From a virus: a DNA stretch of 64,000 nt. Where the stretch lies: positions 30,966 to 94,965 of the IMG/VR virus record IMGVR_UViG_3300027746_000016, one strand, 5' to 3'. Below are positions 27,016 to 39,715 of this stretch, piece after piece. The notes beneath the pieces were generated by a model. The model searched no databases, was not told the DNA's origin, and was given only the letters and a program-made list of their open reading frames with translations. A program made the position numbers and the translations under genes. The stretch's first letter is position 1. Every line of letters starts with the position of its first letter.

Positions 27016-30000
27016 TTAAAGAATATGAGGATACGAAGCCAGATTAATAGGTGGAATTCCTGGAAATATACCTGGAGACTTTGAACTGAATATTAAAGAT
27101 CCAGTAGAGTTCATTGAAAATTTCCAAGCCAATTCATCAAGAAAAATAGTAAATAATGGATTTTTATGAGTAAGTCTTTCCCATGGAGGAAGATCATCAC
27201 TATTAAGGATTGGGTGAAATAGTCTAGCGGTCGCAACTGAAGTAAATGTAATAGGCGGAGCCAGTGCACATAGACTAAGCGATGCAATCCAGGCAACTGG
27301 AGATAATGTCGGCTCTATCTCTTCCAGTGCAAGTAGAGCACCAAGTTTAATAATATTAGTTAAAAGTGGATTTGCAATCATTAGTTTAAGACCTGGTGGA
27401 ATTTCAGAGTCAATTTTCATTATTGCAAGTTTTATTAAGTTAATTTGAAGAATAGCAGCCTCTACTATATTATATGAAAATGTTTTTAATGCCTTTGCAA
27501 TTGCAGCAATTGCGTCAACGATTGTTGCAATTGGAATAAGAATATCTTCAAATACCAAAGTAATAAGTTCCCTAACTACTTCAATTAGGTCAGCCGCGGT
27601 TAATAGGTATAAGTATTGAGAAATATCTATTGGAAATAATGGTAATTTAGGTAAACTAAACTTCTTACCAGTTTTTGAAATTACAGTTATAACGACAGTT
27701 TTAAGTATTGGATTTCCATTTGTATCTACTGCAATCGTAGAATTTGAACCAGCTTCTCCAACTATTTCAAGAGAAACCGTTAAATCTTTTCCGCAGGCAG
27801 TAGTAAGAACCTTAGTTATTAATTTTTTATCTACACTAGTGGTTGCAGTAATGGTTTGGGTTGAATTTGAACCTCCGCCTACCGTAAATGTATTAGCGGT
27901 TAAAGTAAGGGAACCTGATTCATTAGCATGTAATAATAATTTTAAAATTGCTTCAATTAGAGCAGCCAATCCTAGTCCAATTAAAGCTTTTATTAATGGG
28001 TCTAATGGAATAACAATTGGAACAAGCGGAGGATGTAATGGATTTACTGATTTTAAAACAGACAATGATGTTACCATTGGTATTACTGATTGTGTAATAT
28101 ATTGTATAAAACCGGCAATATTAGGTAAAGGAATTGGCGGAATCATTAATATTAACTGCTCAATTATAATTGGAATAAGTGTACTAGCTAAATCATTTGG
28201 AATTTGAGAAAGTCCCAATAATTCCATAATACTTTCAGCCGTTAATGAATTTATTAATGCATTAAAAAGTTCGTAAATAAGAGCAAGAGCAATTGCTAAG
28301 TCTGGAGAAACACCTGGAAATAATTCAACCGGTTTAACTTCACAGCACTTTTTATTTAGGTCAAATATATTTATTGCAGGTATACTAAGTAGAGCAACCG
28401 CCGTTGCTGATAATATTTTTTTAATTGTTTCTTGTCTAGCGGCTTTAGCTCTAAGTATTTCAGCCTTTTCAGCTTCACTGACGTCCTCATCAGTATCATG
28501 GCCGACATTTTCTCCCTTTATATAGTCTAATATACTTTTAAAAAAATCCTTTAATAAATCTTTAAAGTCTTTAATGCCTTGCTCAGTATTAAGATTAAAT
28601 GATGGATATTTTTTTAATAACTCTTTTACTTTTTTTGTTTCTAAAATTATTGCAATTAATGTAATAATTTGTTCTTGTAGGGTTGATACCAGCGGTATAG
28701 CTGAACCCAATGCAATTAATTCAATAATATCTTCAACACACTTAAGTACCTCAGGAAGACCTGGATTATGTTTAGATGCATCTTTTGGAAATTGTAAAAT
28801 TCCAAATTTCATTTTTTTATCGTAAAAGCTGGTAAAATCCTCAATAGTTGCATCAATTTGTTCTGGAATAGTTAGTGGATTTGCATCACGAGCAGCCTTT
28901 CTATCTTTTCTCTTTTTTGCTAGGTCCGTTTCGTTAGAGGCATCATCTTCTTGCTCTGCCCTATTTTTCCTAACTTTATCTTTAAGCGCAGAAATTGCAT
29001 TAATTGGTATATCACCAATTTTATTAAGTTGTTTATTAATATTACTTTGAATCTTAACAATATCGTTAGTAAATTCGCCTCCGCCAGCTCCAAGTAGCAT
29101 GGCTAACATCATTTCGGCTTCACTTAATTTATCTAAAAATGGAATTTTACCAGCGGCGATATCCTCAGCAATTTTGGCTAATCTAGCAGCCTTTTCAGCA
29201 GCGGCAACAACACTTAAAGGAGACATTAATGCGCCCTTTATTGGCTGACCTTTATATGGATTCTTTATATTTATTCCCAATGGGTTTTTGGAGTCTGGAC
29301 CATTATCTAATTCATATCCAAGAACAAGTGGTTTATTAGTGGCTGGGTCACTGTACAACCAGGTTGGATTGGTTGATACTGCTAAATATTTACGTCCATC
29401 TGGTCCAAAATACAAAACATATAAAGACGGTAAAGGAATTGGAAATGGAATTATTCTAATTTCATCATTGTTTATATCAAGTGTTACTGGATTTCCATTT
29501 ATTACGGCAGTTATTGCATCTACTACTACTTTTTTGCAAGTAATTGGTAATCCTAGTATTATTACAATTGTACCTAATGGCGTAGGTATTGAAATTAATG
29601 GTTTATAGAATTGAGGTAATGGTAGTGTAAGTATACCTACTCCAGGAATAGGTACAAATGTATTAATTGGATAATATCTAAATCCCGAATTTGCTGGAGG
29701 AGGTCCAGTTGTGTCTGGAAATGGAAGTATTGATACTTTATTTAAACTTCTTGTAAATTCTTTCCAATAACATTGTGATGTAAAATCTGGAAGGCCTGAG
29801 TCATTTCCATCAACTGTTCTAATAATAAATGGATCCTTTCCTAATTTAAGTCTAGCAGCTACTTCACAATCGTCAGCCGGTTTTTCAATAGAAGCGGCTG
29901 CCTCTTTAAAACATGGAATTTCTAAAATTTTAGCAGTTAAAATGGTTGGGTCTAGAGAATTTTCCTTGATTATTAGCTGTAAATTTTCTAATTCAGTTGT

Positions 30001-31980
30001 GCAGTCGGTTAGTCTATTAGTAATTAATAAATTTGATTGTAGATAGGCTTGATACACAGTAGACAGTGTAGGATCTGGATTATATGTAAATGTATTTTGT
30101 AAATTCTGTAAGTTATTATTTACAGAATAGGTAACTGGCTTTGAAAATTTTATATACGAGTTAACTATTTTATTAAATAAAGTAGCAACTTCTCTGCGTG
30201 CAACAAGTTTAATATCATTAACTATATCATTAATTACTGAAGGATATATTTCAGTACGCTCTGTATTAATTTTATCTGTAATATTTTTACCTAAGTCTTC
30301 ATAAAATTTAGAATAGGTTTCTATATTTGAAATATAATATGTTCTTTTATTTGATTCACTGTCATCATCAAGAGTATTATCAATTTTTTCAGTAATAATA
30401 GCAGCATCAGGTGTATCTTTTAAACTTGGATCAATCAGAAAACGACTAAGACTAAGGCCTCTTTCCGCAAGGGTAAAGAAGTTATTAATTGGATTTGATA
30501 ATTTATTATAGAGTCCACTATATGGATATGGGAAATATCCATTATATAATAAACCAGGTATCTTAGAATAGTCAGCTCGACTTCTTCTACGTGGAAGATT
30601 ATTGTAGTCGAAAAATGAGTCAAGATCTTCAGGCTCAGTTATCTCGGAGTCCTCTTCATCTTTACCAAATTTAGTAATTGTATAAACATCATCAAATATA
30701 TTAGTAGTTAAATACGGGCTGTTTTTAATAGGAATAATAGTGTCTGGAGTTATATCTATTACTGGATTGGTTAACTTACCTTCTGAGTCTTTCACATTTA
30801 TATAGCCAACTGATCCATCTTCTAACTCAACTGGCAGTTTAATTCTTACAAAGTTACCATCAATAATTCTAGGAACTAATTTTAAATTAAGTATTGTAAT
30901 ATCACTAGGATTACTTGGAATAATTTGAGTTTTTAAGCCCACTGAAATTTGGCCAGATAGTTTTGAAAATAATTCAGAAATGTCATATGCAAGAGTCGAT
31001 ACGTTAGCAGCTTCGGTATTAAGCAAATCAATCCCGTTTAAAATTTGAGACTGGGCTACCAGTGCTTCATTTTGAAAATTTAGTTTTTCTTTATGTGCAT
31101 GTGCTAAGTTTTTAAGTAGTGTAATCCATGTATTTAGCTCAGGCAATTCATCTCTAATATAGTTTACGTATTCAAAAGATTGAGTAAATATACGAGCTGC
31201 GTTAGTTATATTTAAATTTAATACAGTAGAATCAGCATTGGCATTTATATTATCTATGGTATCAAATAAGTTAAGAGTTGGTGAGTTTGCGTTTACTGGA
31301 TCTAATTTACTAATTGCTAAATTAATATTAGCTTCAGTATTATTTTTAATAATTCGATAGGTATTAATAGCAGTAGCGTAAACAATAGTTGAGGGATATA
31401 AATTAGAAAACTGGGCAATTTTAGTAATAATAGCGGAAATAAAACCGTCTTGGTATCCTTTTGCCGCGTCGGTTGCTTGCTCCGCAACAGAATACAGTAA
31501 ATAGGTATCTTTGCTACTTGGAATTTTTCCGGCAATTGTGAGAGTAATTTGGTCAATTTCGGTTGACAGCCTATCAACTTCGTCTTCCCAATACCTATAT
31601 TGAGAGGCAAGAGGTTCCGTTATATCAACTATTGAATTAAAAAAATCAACCCTTTCTTGACTGTATATTTTAATAATATCAAGGTTATCAATAAGCTCTT
31701 CAACTTTAATCTTAACGATTGAGGCTTTTATACTGGTTGGAACTTTTGCAGTTTCAATTGCAATTATCTCTTTGATTTTTTCAGTAGCTTCTGGAATACA
31801 GCCAGTTTTAGAAAGTGTATCTTCAATTGTAACGGTTGGGTTAGTAATTAAAATATCAGGATCAGCAACCGTTTTGATACAGGCTTTTGCCTTGGCTAAA
31901 TCAGCCTCAGTAAATATAATATTTGGGATAGCCTCACATTTAACCTGATTAATTATGTCCTTAAATGTTAATTCTGACAT
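27016..31980 (-). CDS. Large hypothetical protein (1654 aa) with hydrophobic Ile/Leu/Pro-rich C-terminal half
   Basis: Uninterrupted ORF; helical/coiled-coil segments and several long apolar stretches. Confidence 0.75.
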   Translation of the reverse strand: MSELTFKDIINQVKCEAIPNIIFTEADLAKAKACIKTVADPDILITNPTVTIEDTLSKTGCIPEATEKIKEIIAIETAKVPTSIKASIVKIKVEELIDNLDIIKIYSQERVDFFNSIVDITEPLASQYRYWEDEVDRLSTEIDQITLTIAGKIPSSKDTYLLYSVAEQATDAAKGYQDGFISAIITKIAQFSNLYPSTIVYATAINTYRIIKNNTEANINLAISKLDPVNANSPTLNLFDTIDNINANADSTVLNLNITNAARIFTQSFEYVNYIRDELPELNTWITLLKNLAHAHKEKLNFQNEALVAQSQILNGIDLLNTEAANVSTLAYDISELFSKLSGQISVGLKTQIIPSNPSDITILNLKLVPRIIDGNFVRIKLPVELEDGSVGYINVKDSEGKLTNPVIDITPDTIIPIKNSPYLTTNIFDDVYTITKFGKDEEDSEITEPEDLDSFFDYNNLPRRRSRADYSKIPGLLYNGYFPYPYSGLYNKLSNPINNFFTLAERGLSLSRFLIDPSLKDTPDAAIITEKIDNTLDDDSESNKRTYYISNIETYSKFYEDLGKNITDKINTERTEIYPSVINDIVNDIKLVARREVATLFNKIVNSYIKFSKPVTYSVNNNLQNLQNTFTYNPDPTLSTVYQAYLQSNLLITNRLTDCTTELENLQLIIKENSLDPTILTAKILEIPCFKEAAASIEKPADDCEVAARLKLGKDPFIIRTVDGNDSGLPDFTSQCYWKEFTRSLNKVSILPFPDTTGPPPANSGFRYYPINTFVPIPGVGILTLPLPQFYKPLISIPTPLGTIVIILGLPITCKKVVVDAITAVINGNPVTLDINNDEIRIIPFPIPLPSLYVLYFGPDGRKYLAVSTNPTWLYSDPATNKPLVLGYELDNGPDSKNPLGINIKNPYKGQPIKGALMSPLSVVAAAEKAARLAKIAEDIAAGKIPFLDKLSEAEMMLAMLLGAGGGEFTNDIVKIQSNINKQLNKIGDIPINAISALKDKVRKNRAEQEDDASNETDLAKKRKDRKAARDANPLTIPEQIDATIEDFTSFYDKKMKFGILQFPKDASKHNPGLPEVLKCVEDIIELIALGSAIPLVSTLQEQIITLIAIILETKKVKELLKKYPSFNLNTEQGIKDFKDLLKDFFKSILDYIKGENVGHDTDEDVSEAEKAEILRAKAARQETIKKILSATAVALLSIPAINIFDLNKKCCEVKPVELFPGVSPDLAIALALIYELFNALINSLTAESIMELLGLSQIPNDLASTLIPIIIEQLILMIPPIPLPNIAGFIQYITQSVIPMVTSLSVLKSVNPLHPPLVPIVIPLDPLIKALIGLGLAALIEAILKLLLHANESGSLTLTANTFTVGGGSNSTQTITATTSVDKKLITKVLTTACGKDLTVSLEIVGEAGSNSTIAVDTNGNPILKTVVITVISKTGKKFSLPKLPLFPIDISQYLYLLTAADLIEVVRELITLVFEDILIPIATIVDAIAAIAKALKTFSYNIVEAAILQINLIKLAIMKIDSEIPPGLKLMIANPLLTNIIKLGALLALEEIEPTLSPVAWIASLSLCALAPPITFTSVATARLFHPILNSDDLPPWERLTHKNPLFTIFLDELAWKFSMNSTGSLIFSSKSPGIFPGIPPINLASYPHIL

Positions 31981-32022
31981 TAACTATGAATAGTTATTTT
32001 ATTTTATCTATAGTCATTTATT

Positions 32023-32060
32023 AAAAAGTAAATGCCTGAACAGATTACTCCGGTCAGGCA
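32023..32060 (-). terminator. Intrinsic terminator after groEL
   Basis: TGCCTGACCGGA-GTAA-TCTGTTCAGGCA hairpin then TTTACTTTTT on the minus strand. Confidence 0.75.
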
Positions 32061-32092
32061 AGACTCGTCGATGGCTATGGACTATTATATAA

Positions 32093-34427
<2,335 letters not shown>

Positions 34428-34632
34428 ATTTTTAATTTAAAATTAGATTAATTAATAAAAATATACTAAGATTTTCAGAAATAGGCCTCTAAGGTACCTA
34501 GGAAGCTAAGAAACTAATTATCTTTATAATTATAATTAAAAAGAATAAGTAGACTAAGAATCTAAGGCTCTATACCCACCCAACACCCTTTTTTTACAGT
34601 AACTATTTAAATAGTTTTAATTATTTTTCTGA

Positions 34633-34659
34633 AAACTCTATTTTTTTTACTAGTAGAAT
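34633..34659 (+). promoter_or_regulatory. Pre-late promoter AAACT-N16-TAGAAT
   Basis: Upstream of the resolvase-sigma pair. Confidence 0.5.
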
Positions 34660-34682
34660 ATGTAAAATGACTCGTATGAATC

Positions 34683-35351
34683 TTGTTAGTAATAGGAATA
34701 GACTTTTCAATACAATTTCCAGCAGTTTGCATCAGTAGAGACTTCAAAAGTTTCAACTGGATTGCCTGCGTCAATACTAAAACCACTAAAGTTCATAAAA
34801 AGTTTCTAGACGATATTGAGTTAGAGTATAAATCTATTAAATTTATTCATTTGCCAAGTAGAGAAAAGAACCATGCTACTTATTCTGCAATTGAAAGGTC
34901 AAAATTATCAAATTATTCAACCCTAGTAGACAGTCTTGTGACAGAAATACTAGCCCAAGTGAAAACTGACGATAGAGTAATAGTTTCTATTGAAGGAATT
35001 GCATATGGGGCGCAAGGCAATGCCCTTATCGATATTGCCCAGTCTACGGGTATGTTAAGAAAGTCAATTTTAGATAGATTATTAACTGGTCATGCTGAAA
35101 AACTGTTTATATTTTCACCTGGAGAACTTAAAAATGCAATTGGTGCAAAAGGTAATGCCTGTAAATTTGATATTTATGAAATTTTTAAAAATTCACCTAA
35201 ATTAGCAATAGGCAGCGATCTACATAATTCAATAAATAAATATAATGACCAAATACTTAAAGGCCAAGACGTTAAATCTCCATTTATGGATATGATTGAC
35301 TCGTATTTAGCTGTACTTAAAATATACGAATCACTAAAAGAACCCAACTAA
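34683..35351 (+). CDS. RuvC-like Holliday junction resolvase
   Basis: IGIDFS, SIEGIAYG, ELKNAIGAKGNA.K and DMIDSY acidic motifs. Confidence 0.75.
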   Translation: MLVIGIDFSIQFPAVCISRDFKSFNWIACVNTKTTKVHKKFLDDIELEYKSIKFIHLPSREKNHATYSAIERSKLSNYSTLVDSLVTEILAQVKTDDRVIVSIEGIAYGAQGNALIDIAQSTGMLRKSILDRLLTGHAEKLFIFSPGELKNAIGAKGNACKFDIYEIFKNSPKLAIGSDLHNSINKYNDQILKGQDVKSPFMDMIDSYLAVLKIYESLKEPN

Positions 35352-35352
35352 T

Positions 35353-35796
35353 ATGGCTGAAGAACCTATTAAACCCAAGAGTAAAGCAAAACAGAGTAAA
35401 TACTATATTAATAATAGAGACTTTACCAATGAAATTATTAGGTGCAAACACGGCAGACTAAATGCAGAAACAGGTTATCAGCACACAGCTGGAGAACTTT
35501 CACCAATTGCAATTAACTACTTTATACTACTTGCAAACCGGGCTATTTTAAAATTAACATTTTCAAATCCATTAGATCGCGAGGACTGTATTCAGTCAGC
35601 TCTGCTTGACCTTTTAAGATATTGGAGAAATTTTAATGAAGAAAAATCAAATAATGCATTTGCCTATTTTACACAAATTGCAAAAAATGGATATGCTAAA
35701 GAATATAAAAAGATTCATAAACATATAGGTAAAGGCGAAAAGGTTGAATTTGTATCTTTAAGTTTTAGCGGAGACTCTGAAATTTATACAATTTAA
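35353..35796 (+). CDS. Late-transcription sigma factor (T4 gp55-like)
   Basis: YYINNRDF, REDCIQ, NFNEEKSNNAFAYFTQI. Confidence 0.85.
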   Translation: MAEEPIKPKSKAKQSKYYINNRDFTNEIIRCKHGRLNAETGYQHTAGELSPIAINYFILLANRAILKLTFSNPLDREDCIQSALLDLLRYWRNFNEEKSNNAFAYFTQIAKNGYAKEYKKIHKHIGKGEKVEFVSLSFSGDSEIYTI

Positions 35797-35865
35797 TCAT
35801 TTATTACCGGCAGTCAATAACTCCTATTACTGGCGCTTTTAAATCTAATCGGCATAAATGTTTTG

Positions 35866-35872
35866 ATAAATA
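35866..35872 (+). promoter_or_regulatory. Late promoter core ATAAATA
   Basis: 24 nt upstream of the ATG at 35897. Confidence 0.6.
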
Positions 35873-35896
35873 ACCCAAAGTACTCTAATAATAAAA

Positions 35897-38800
35897 ATGA
35901 ATATTGATAATCTAGTATTTTTTGATAAAAATGGTGAATCTTATAACTTCGGCCAAACCAGTTCTGGAAACTGGGAAGGCGCCGACTATTTTTTACCAAT
36001 ATCACTGGAACTATACGATTGCTCCAATATTTTTATTTTAGAAAATACCAATGGAGTGTATACCTTTCCTAAAATGGAATCAGGTTCAAGCTTTGAGGTA
36101 AAATGGAAAACTGCAAATAATAAAACTAATTTATTTTTATTTAATGTATTAGTCCAAGGAACTGGTTCTGCTGCCTATAACTATCTTGATAAACAGGAGT
36201 ACCTTACAATTAACCATAGTGATTTTGGACAGACTGGAACCCTTGCTTTAACCTATCCATTACAGTTAAATATTGCATTTACTCCATCTGATGAAATTGC
36301 ATATGCTAGAGTTTTACAAATTTATTATAAAACAACAACTACCTCAACCCTAGTATTAGAGCTCACGTTTTATGGAGAAGGAGAGGGCGAAGATGAGAGA
36401 CTTCGGATATGGTTAGCTAACTTTGGAATTAAATTTAATAGACAAGATGCTCTACTATTAAAAGATTATGATTTAAAAGAAGGATTAGTTGATTATAAAG
36501 AGCTTAATGCAATTAGAAAATTAATACTTGTAAACCGCGATCAAATCTATCCGTATATTGGAACCTATAAGGGTTTATTAAATATACTTAGCTTAATGGG
36601 TTATCGTGACGTATTAAGAGTAAAGGAGTATTGGAAAGATATTGATACACGATCTCCTTATTATACTAAATTTGCAATGGTTGATATTACTGATTTATTA
36701 AATATCACCGAGGACGATACTCTTGATTTAGTTGATACCAATAATCAAATAAAAACTGGCAGTAAATTTGAAAAAACAGAATTTCTTGCTTTAGCCTATC
36801 AATTTTCAAAAGCTGGAGATACATATGACGACGATGGCTTACCTAATGTTATTACAACTACGGATTTTACAGTAAATGAAATATTTTTTAAATTATATGG
36901 GGTTGTTGTAAAATTAAAAGATGAAATTATACCAATCAATGTTGTAATTAAAGATATTATAGGAGAATTTATCTATTTTGAAAAATTTAATATTCGATAT
37001 TGGATAGACGAAACCACAATTGAATCATTTAGTCTTAGCGATGAATACCAAATTAATATAATTGAACCGCCTGACTATGTTTCAAGCTTTAACCATACAA
37101 TTAGTGCAAATAATTTAATATCGTTTAATGGTGCGTTTGTACCTAGTAATAATACAGTAGATACAATTCAAAATGCAAATTCTAACTATTTAAAAATTAG
37201 AGACATTAAATCCCTGTATCGTAAGGCTAATGGAATTTCAATATTTCCAGAAACATCATTTAATTTAGGACTAACTGATCCGTACGATGAAAGCCAATAT
37301 TATTCGGTTGATAAAAAGGATACCTTAATCCAAGCAATATCAGACTACTATTCAACAATTAAATCATTTATTTTTGAATATCCAAATAGTGTAAGCCCAT
37401 TAGATCAGGGCGATGATACTTCAGATAAAATAGGGTGCCCAATTGTATTAGAGGCATATGTTCCAGATTTAACACTACAACAGTTAGATGGAATACAATT
37501 TATTGATTTTATAACAGTAGCCGCAACCACTTCATCGAGTACAAATACAATCGGTACCGGCCTTAAATATTTTAGTTGTGCAACCATACAGCCGTTTGCA
37601 GTAGGCGACTATATTAAAGTATATCAATCAGCTAATTATACTAATTATATGATAGGCCGAATTACTGAAATAAACCCGCCTAGCATGTCGGGTAATACAA
37701 TAATAATTGATGTATATTCTTATAATGGAGAAGGTACACTCACCGGCTGGACCGTACAATTAATTGATAGACACTTTACAATCGGTAATCTTAAATATAA
37801 AAATGTTTATGAAATTGAATGGATTATAACAGGTCCTCAAAATTATAGATTTGAATGGAGAACCAGTACTATTGGTACTAATAAAATTCCTCACATATTA
37901 CCACATACTGGAGAATATACAATTGAGGTTAGAGCTCATGACATGTCAGGGGCAGTCTCTATTAAATTTAAAAAACTTACAGTTTCTCCAGACCAACCTC
38001 TTATCCAAGTTTTTACTAAAATACCTGATAAATTTAGATATGATTTTAAGAATTTACATAATATAACAATTGGAGACTTGGCAGATAGCCCATTATATTA
38101 TCCATATGCAAATGTAATAAACGCCGGCCTATCTTCAATTTCAAATCACTATTTAGATTGGAATACCTACTCTAATTATTATGGAGTAGGCTCAAACCAT
38201 AATGATATTAAACTTTCAAATACAAAAAATTCATTAATTCCATATTCTCAATCAACTGACACAATTAAAAATAATTGGGGAACAGGTTCAGCTAATGGAC
38301 AGGCCACTATTTCTAATTATTTAACTGTTAGCCTTGGAGATCTATACCATGTTAACTTTAGTAATTTTGGATTGACTGCCGATCAATTAGATGGATTCTA
38401 TATTACGCTAAGAGGCGAAGATTATCAATATAATTTAAACTCAAATTTAGTAGCAATTAAATTTGGTGGATTTGATGAAATTAATTTAACTACACTCGCT
38501 AATCCAACAATTGAAGAGCTATTAAACTATTTACAAAATACTTCTGAAGCTGGCTTATCTAATTATTCATATAAAATAATTGAAACAATAGTAGGGCCTA
38601 GCGCACTTCCTCTTAGCCGAATAAAAGCAACCGCTAACTATCAGGATCCGCAAAATCATTCAATTATTAAATTAATATCTATTGTAACTGGATTAGATTC
38701 AAGCCTAAATAAATGGACTCCAAGTTCTGCTAATTTAACAATATCATCAACTGATCCATTAGTATACGGCCCATCTAGTTTACCCCAAACGGTATACGGC

Positions 38801-39676
38801 CCATCTAGTGTACCTGTACCGGCAATAACCGATGGAGAATATACCTTAACCGACTTTGGCGGTTCTGAGACTCTATATGGCAATACCTATTTAGCAGTAG
38901 GGGACCGATTAAGAATTCAAAATGACAATGGCGACTATATAGAAGGAACTATTACTCAAATGACAGTTGGCCAAACGGTTATTATAATTGATGAAGCTCA
39001 CGGAGCAGGCATCCTATCTGATTTTAACCTATTTTTAATTGATACAGTATACACATTTAATAAACCAGCCTCAGTATTTAACCAAACTGAACTTAATAAA
39101 ATTCAACAGAATTTATCACAAGTAAAGTTACGAATTGATGAAGACTTGCTATTTTTAGACTGCCCGTTTGCCGATTGTCTGCAGACCTTAAACCCATATA
39201 CTCCAGCGGCTGCATCCAATATTAATTATTGGATTGATAAAGACTTTGTTAAATATGATAATTCAGAAACTAGCCCATCGTCTATTCCAGCAAGTCAAAC
39301 AGGTTATTTACCATCAAACTATGATGAAAATTCATTTAATTTAAGTAATATTAAATTAACATACGGTTCATTAATTGTTCCATTACATCATCCTATTTTT
39401 ATTACTATTGCGAACTTAGTTTCAAATATTGAAACTGTATGGACTTTAAACTTAAATGGCCAACTTATTGTAAAAGTTATTTCAACTTCATATTTTATAT
39501 GGAGATTTACTAAACCTGGTACTTATACGCTTGATATTGACTCAGTTGACACTAGAGGAAATCACTCAATTTCAACTTCTAGTATTATAGTATCAACCCT
39601 AGTTACCCCAAGTGAGTATAAAAACTATATTGAAAAACAATTAAACATTAGAAAGTATAAAATAGAGCATAGTTAA
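35897..39676 (+). CDS. Large virion structural protein (baseplate-like, PKD/Ig-like modules)
   Basis: IGTYKGL..ILSLMGY..LRVKEYW wedge-like motif; GEYTIEVRA and FTKPGTYTL PKD-like motifs. Confidence 0.6.
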   Translation: MNIDNLVFFDKNGESYNFGQTSSGNWEGADYFLPISLELYDCSNIFILENTNGVYTFPKMESGSSFEVKWKTANNKTNLFLFNVLVQGTGSAAYNYLDKQEYLTINHSDFGQTGTLALTYPLQLNIAFTPSDEIAYARVLQIYYKTTTTSTLVLELTFYGEGEGEDERLRIWLANFGIKFNRQDALLLKDYDLKEGLVDYKELNAIRKLILVNRDQIYPYIGTYKGLLNILSLMGYRDVLRVKEYWKDIDTRSPYYTKFAMVDITDLLNITEDDTLDLVDTNNQIKTGSKFEKTEFLALAYQFSKAGDTYDDDGLPNVITTTDFTVNEIFFKLYGVVVKLKDEIIPINVVIKDIIGEFIYFEKFNIRYWIDETTIESFSLSDEYQINIIEPPDYVSSFNHTISANNLISFNGAFVPSNNTVDTIQNANSNYLKIRDIKSLYRKANGISIFPETSFNLGLTDPYDESQYYSVDKKDTLIQAISDYYSTIKSFIFEYPNSVSPLDQGDDTSDKIGCPIVLEAYVPDLTLQQLDGIQFIDFITVAATTSSSTNTIGTGLKYFSCATIQPFAVGDYIKVYQSANYTNYMIGRITEINPPSMSGNTIIIDVYSYNGEGTLTGWTVQLIDRHFTIGNLKYKNVYEIEWIITGPQNYRFEWRTSTIGTNKIPHILPHTGEYTIEVRAHDMSGAVSIKFKKLTVSPDQPLIQVFTKIPDKFRYDFKNLHNITIGDLADSPLYYPYANVINAGLSSISNHYLDWNTYSNYYGVGSNHNDIKLSNTKNSLIPYSQSTDTIKNNWGTGSANGQATISNYLTVSLGDLYHVNFSNFGLTADQLDGFYITLRGEDYQYNLNSNLVAIKFGGFDEINLTTLANPTIEELLNYLQNTSEAGLSNYSYKIIETIVGPSALPLSRIKATANYQDPQNHSIIKLISIVTGLDSSLNKWTPSSANLTISSTDPLVYGPSSLPQTVYGPSSVPVPAITDGEYTLTDFGGSETLYGNTYLAVGDRLRIQNDNGDYIEGTITQMTVGQTVIIIDEAHGAGILSDFNLFLIDTVYTFNKPASVFNQTELNKIQQNLSQVKLRIDEDLLFLDCPFADCLQTLNPYTPAAASNINYWIDKDFVKYDNSETSPSSIPASQTGYLPSNYDENSFNLSNIKLTYGSLIVPLHHPIFITIANLVSNIETVWTLNLNGQLIVKVISTSYFIWRFTKPGTYTLDIDSVDTRGNHSISTSSIIVSTLVTPSEYKNYIEKQLNIRKYKIEHS
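38762..38815 (+). repeat. Tandem duplication GTATACGGCCCATCTAGT (VYGPSSxP twice)
   Basis: 18-nt identical units with a 30-nt period. Confidence 0.9.
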
Positions 39677-39686
39677 TATATGCTTA

Positions 39687-39693
39687 ATAAATA
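39687..39693 (+). promoter_or_regulatory. Late promoter core ATAAATA
   Basis: 22 nt upstream of the ATG at 39716. Confidence 0.55.
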
Positions 39694-39715
39694 ATAAAGA
39701 AAAAATAAATAAAAA

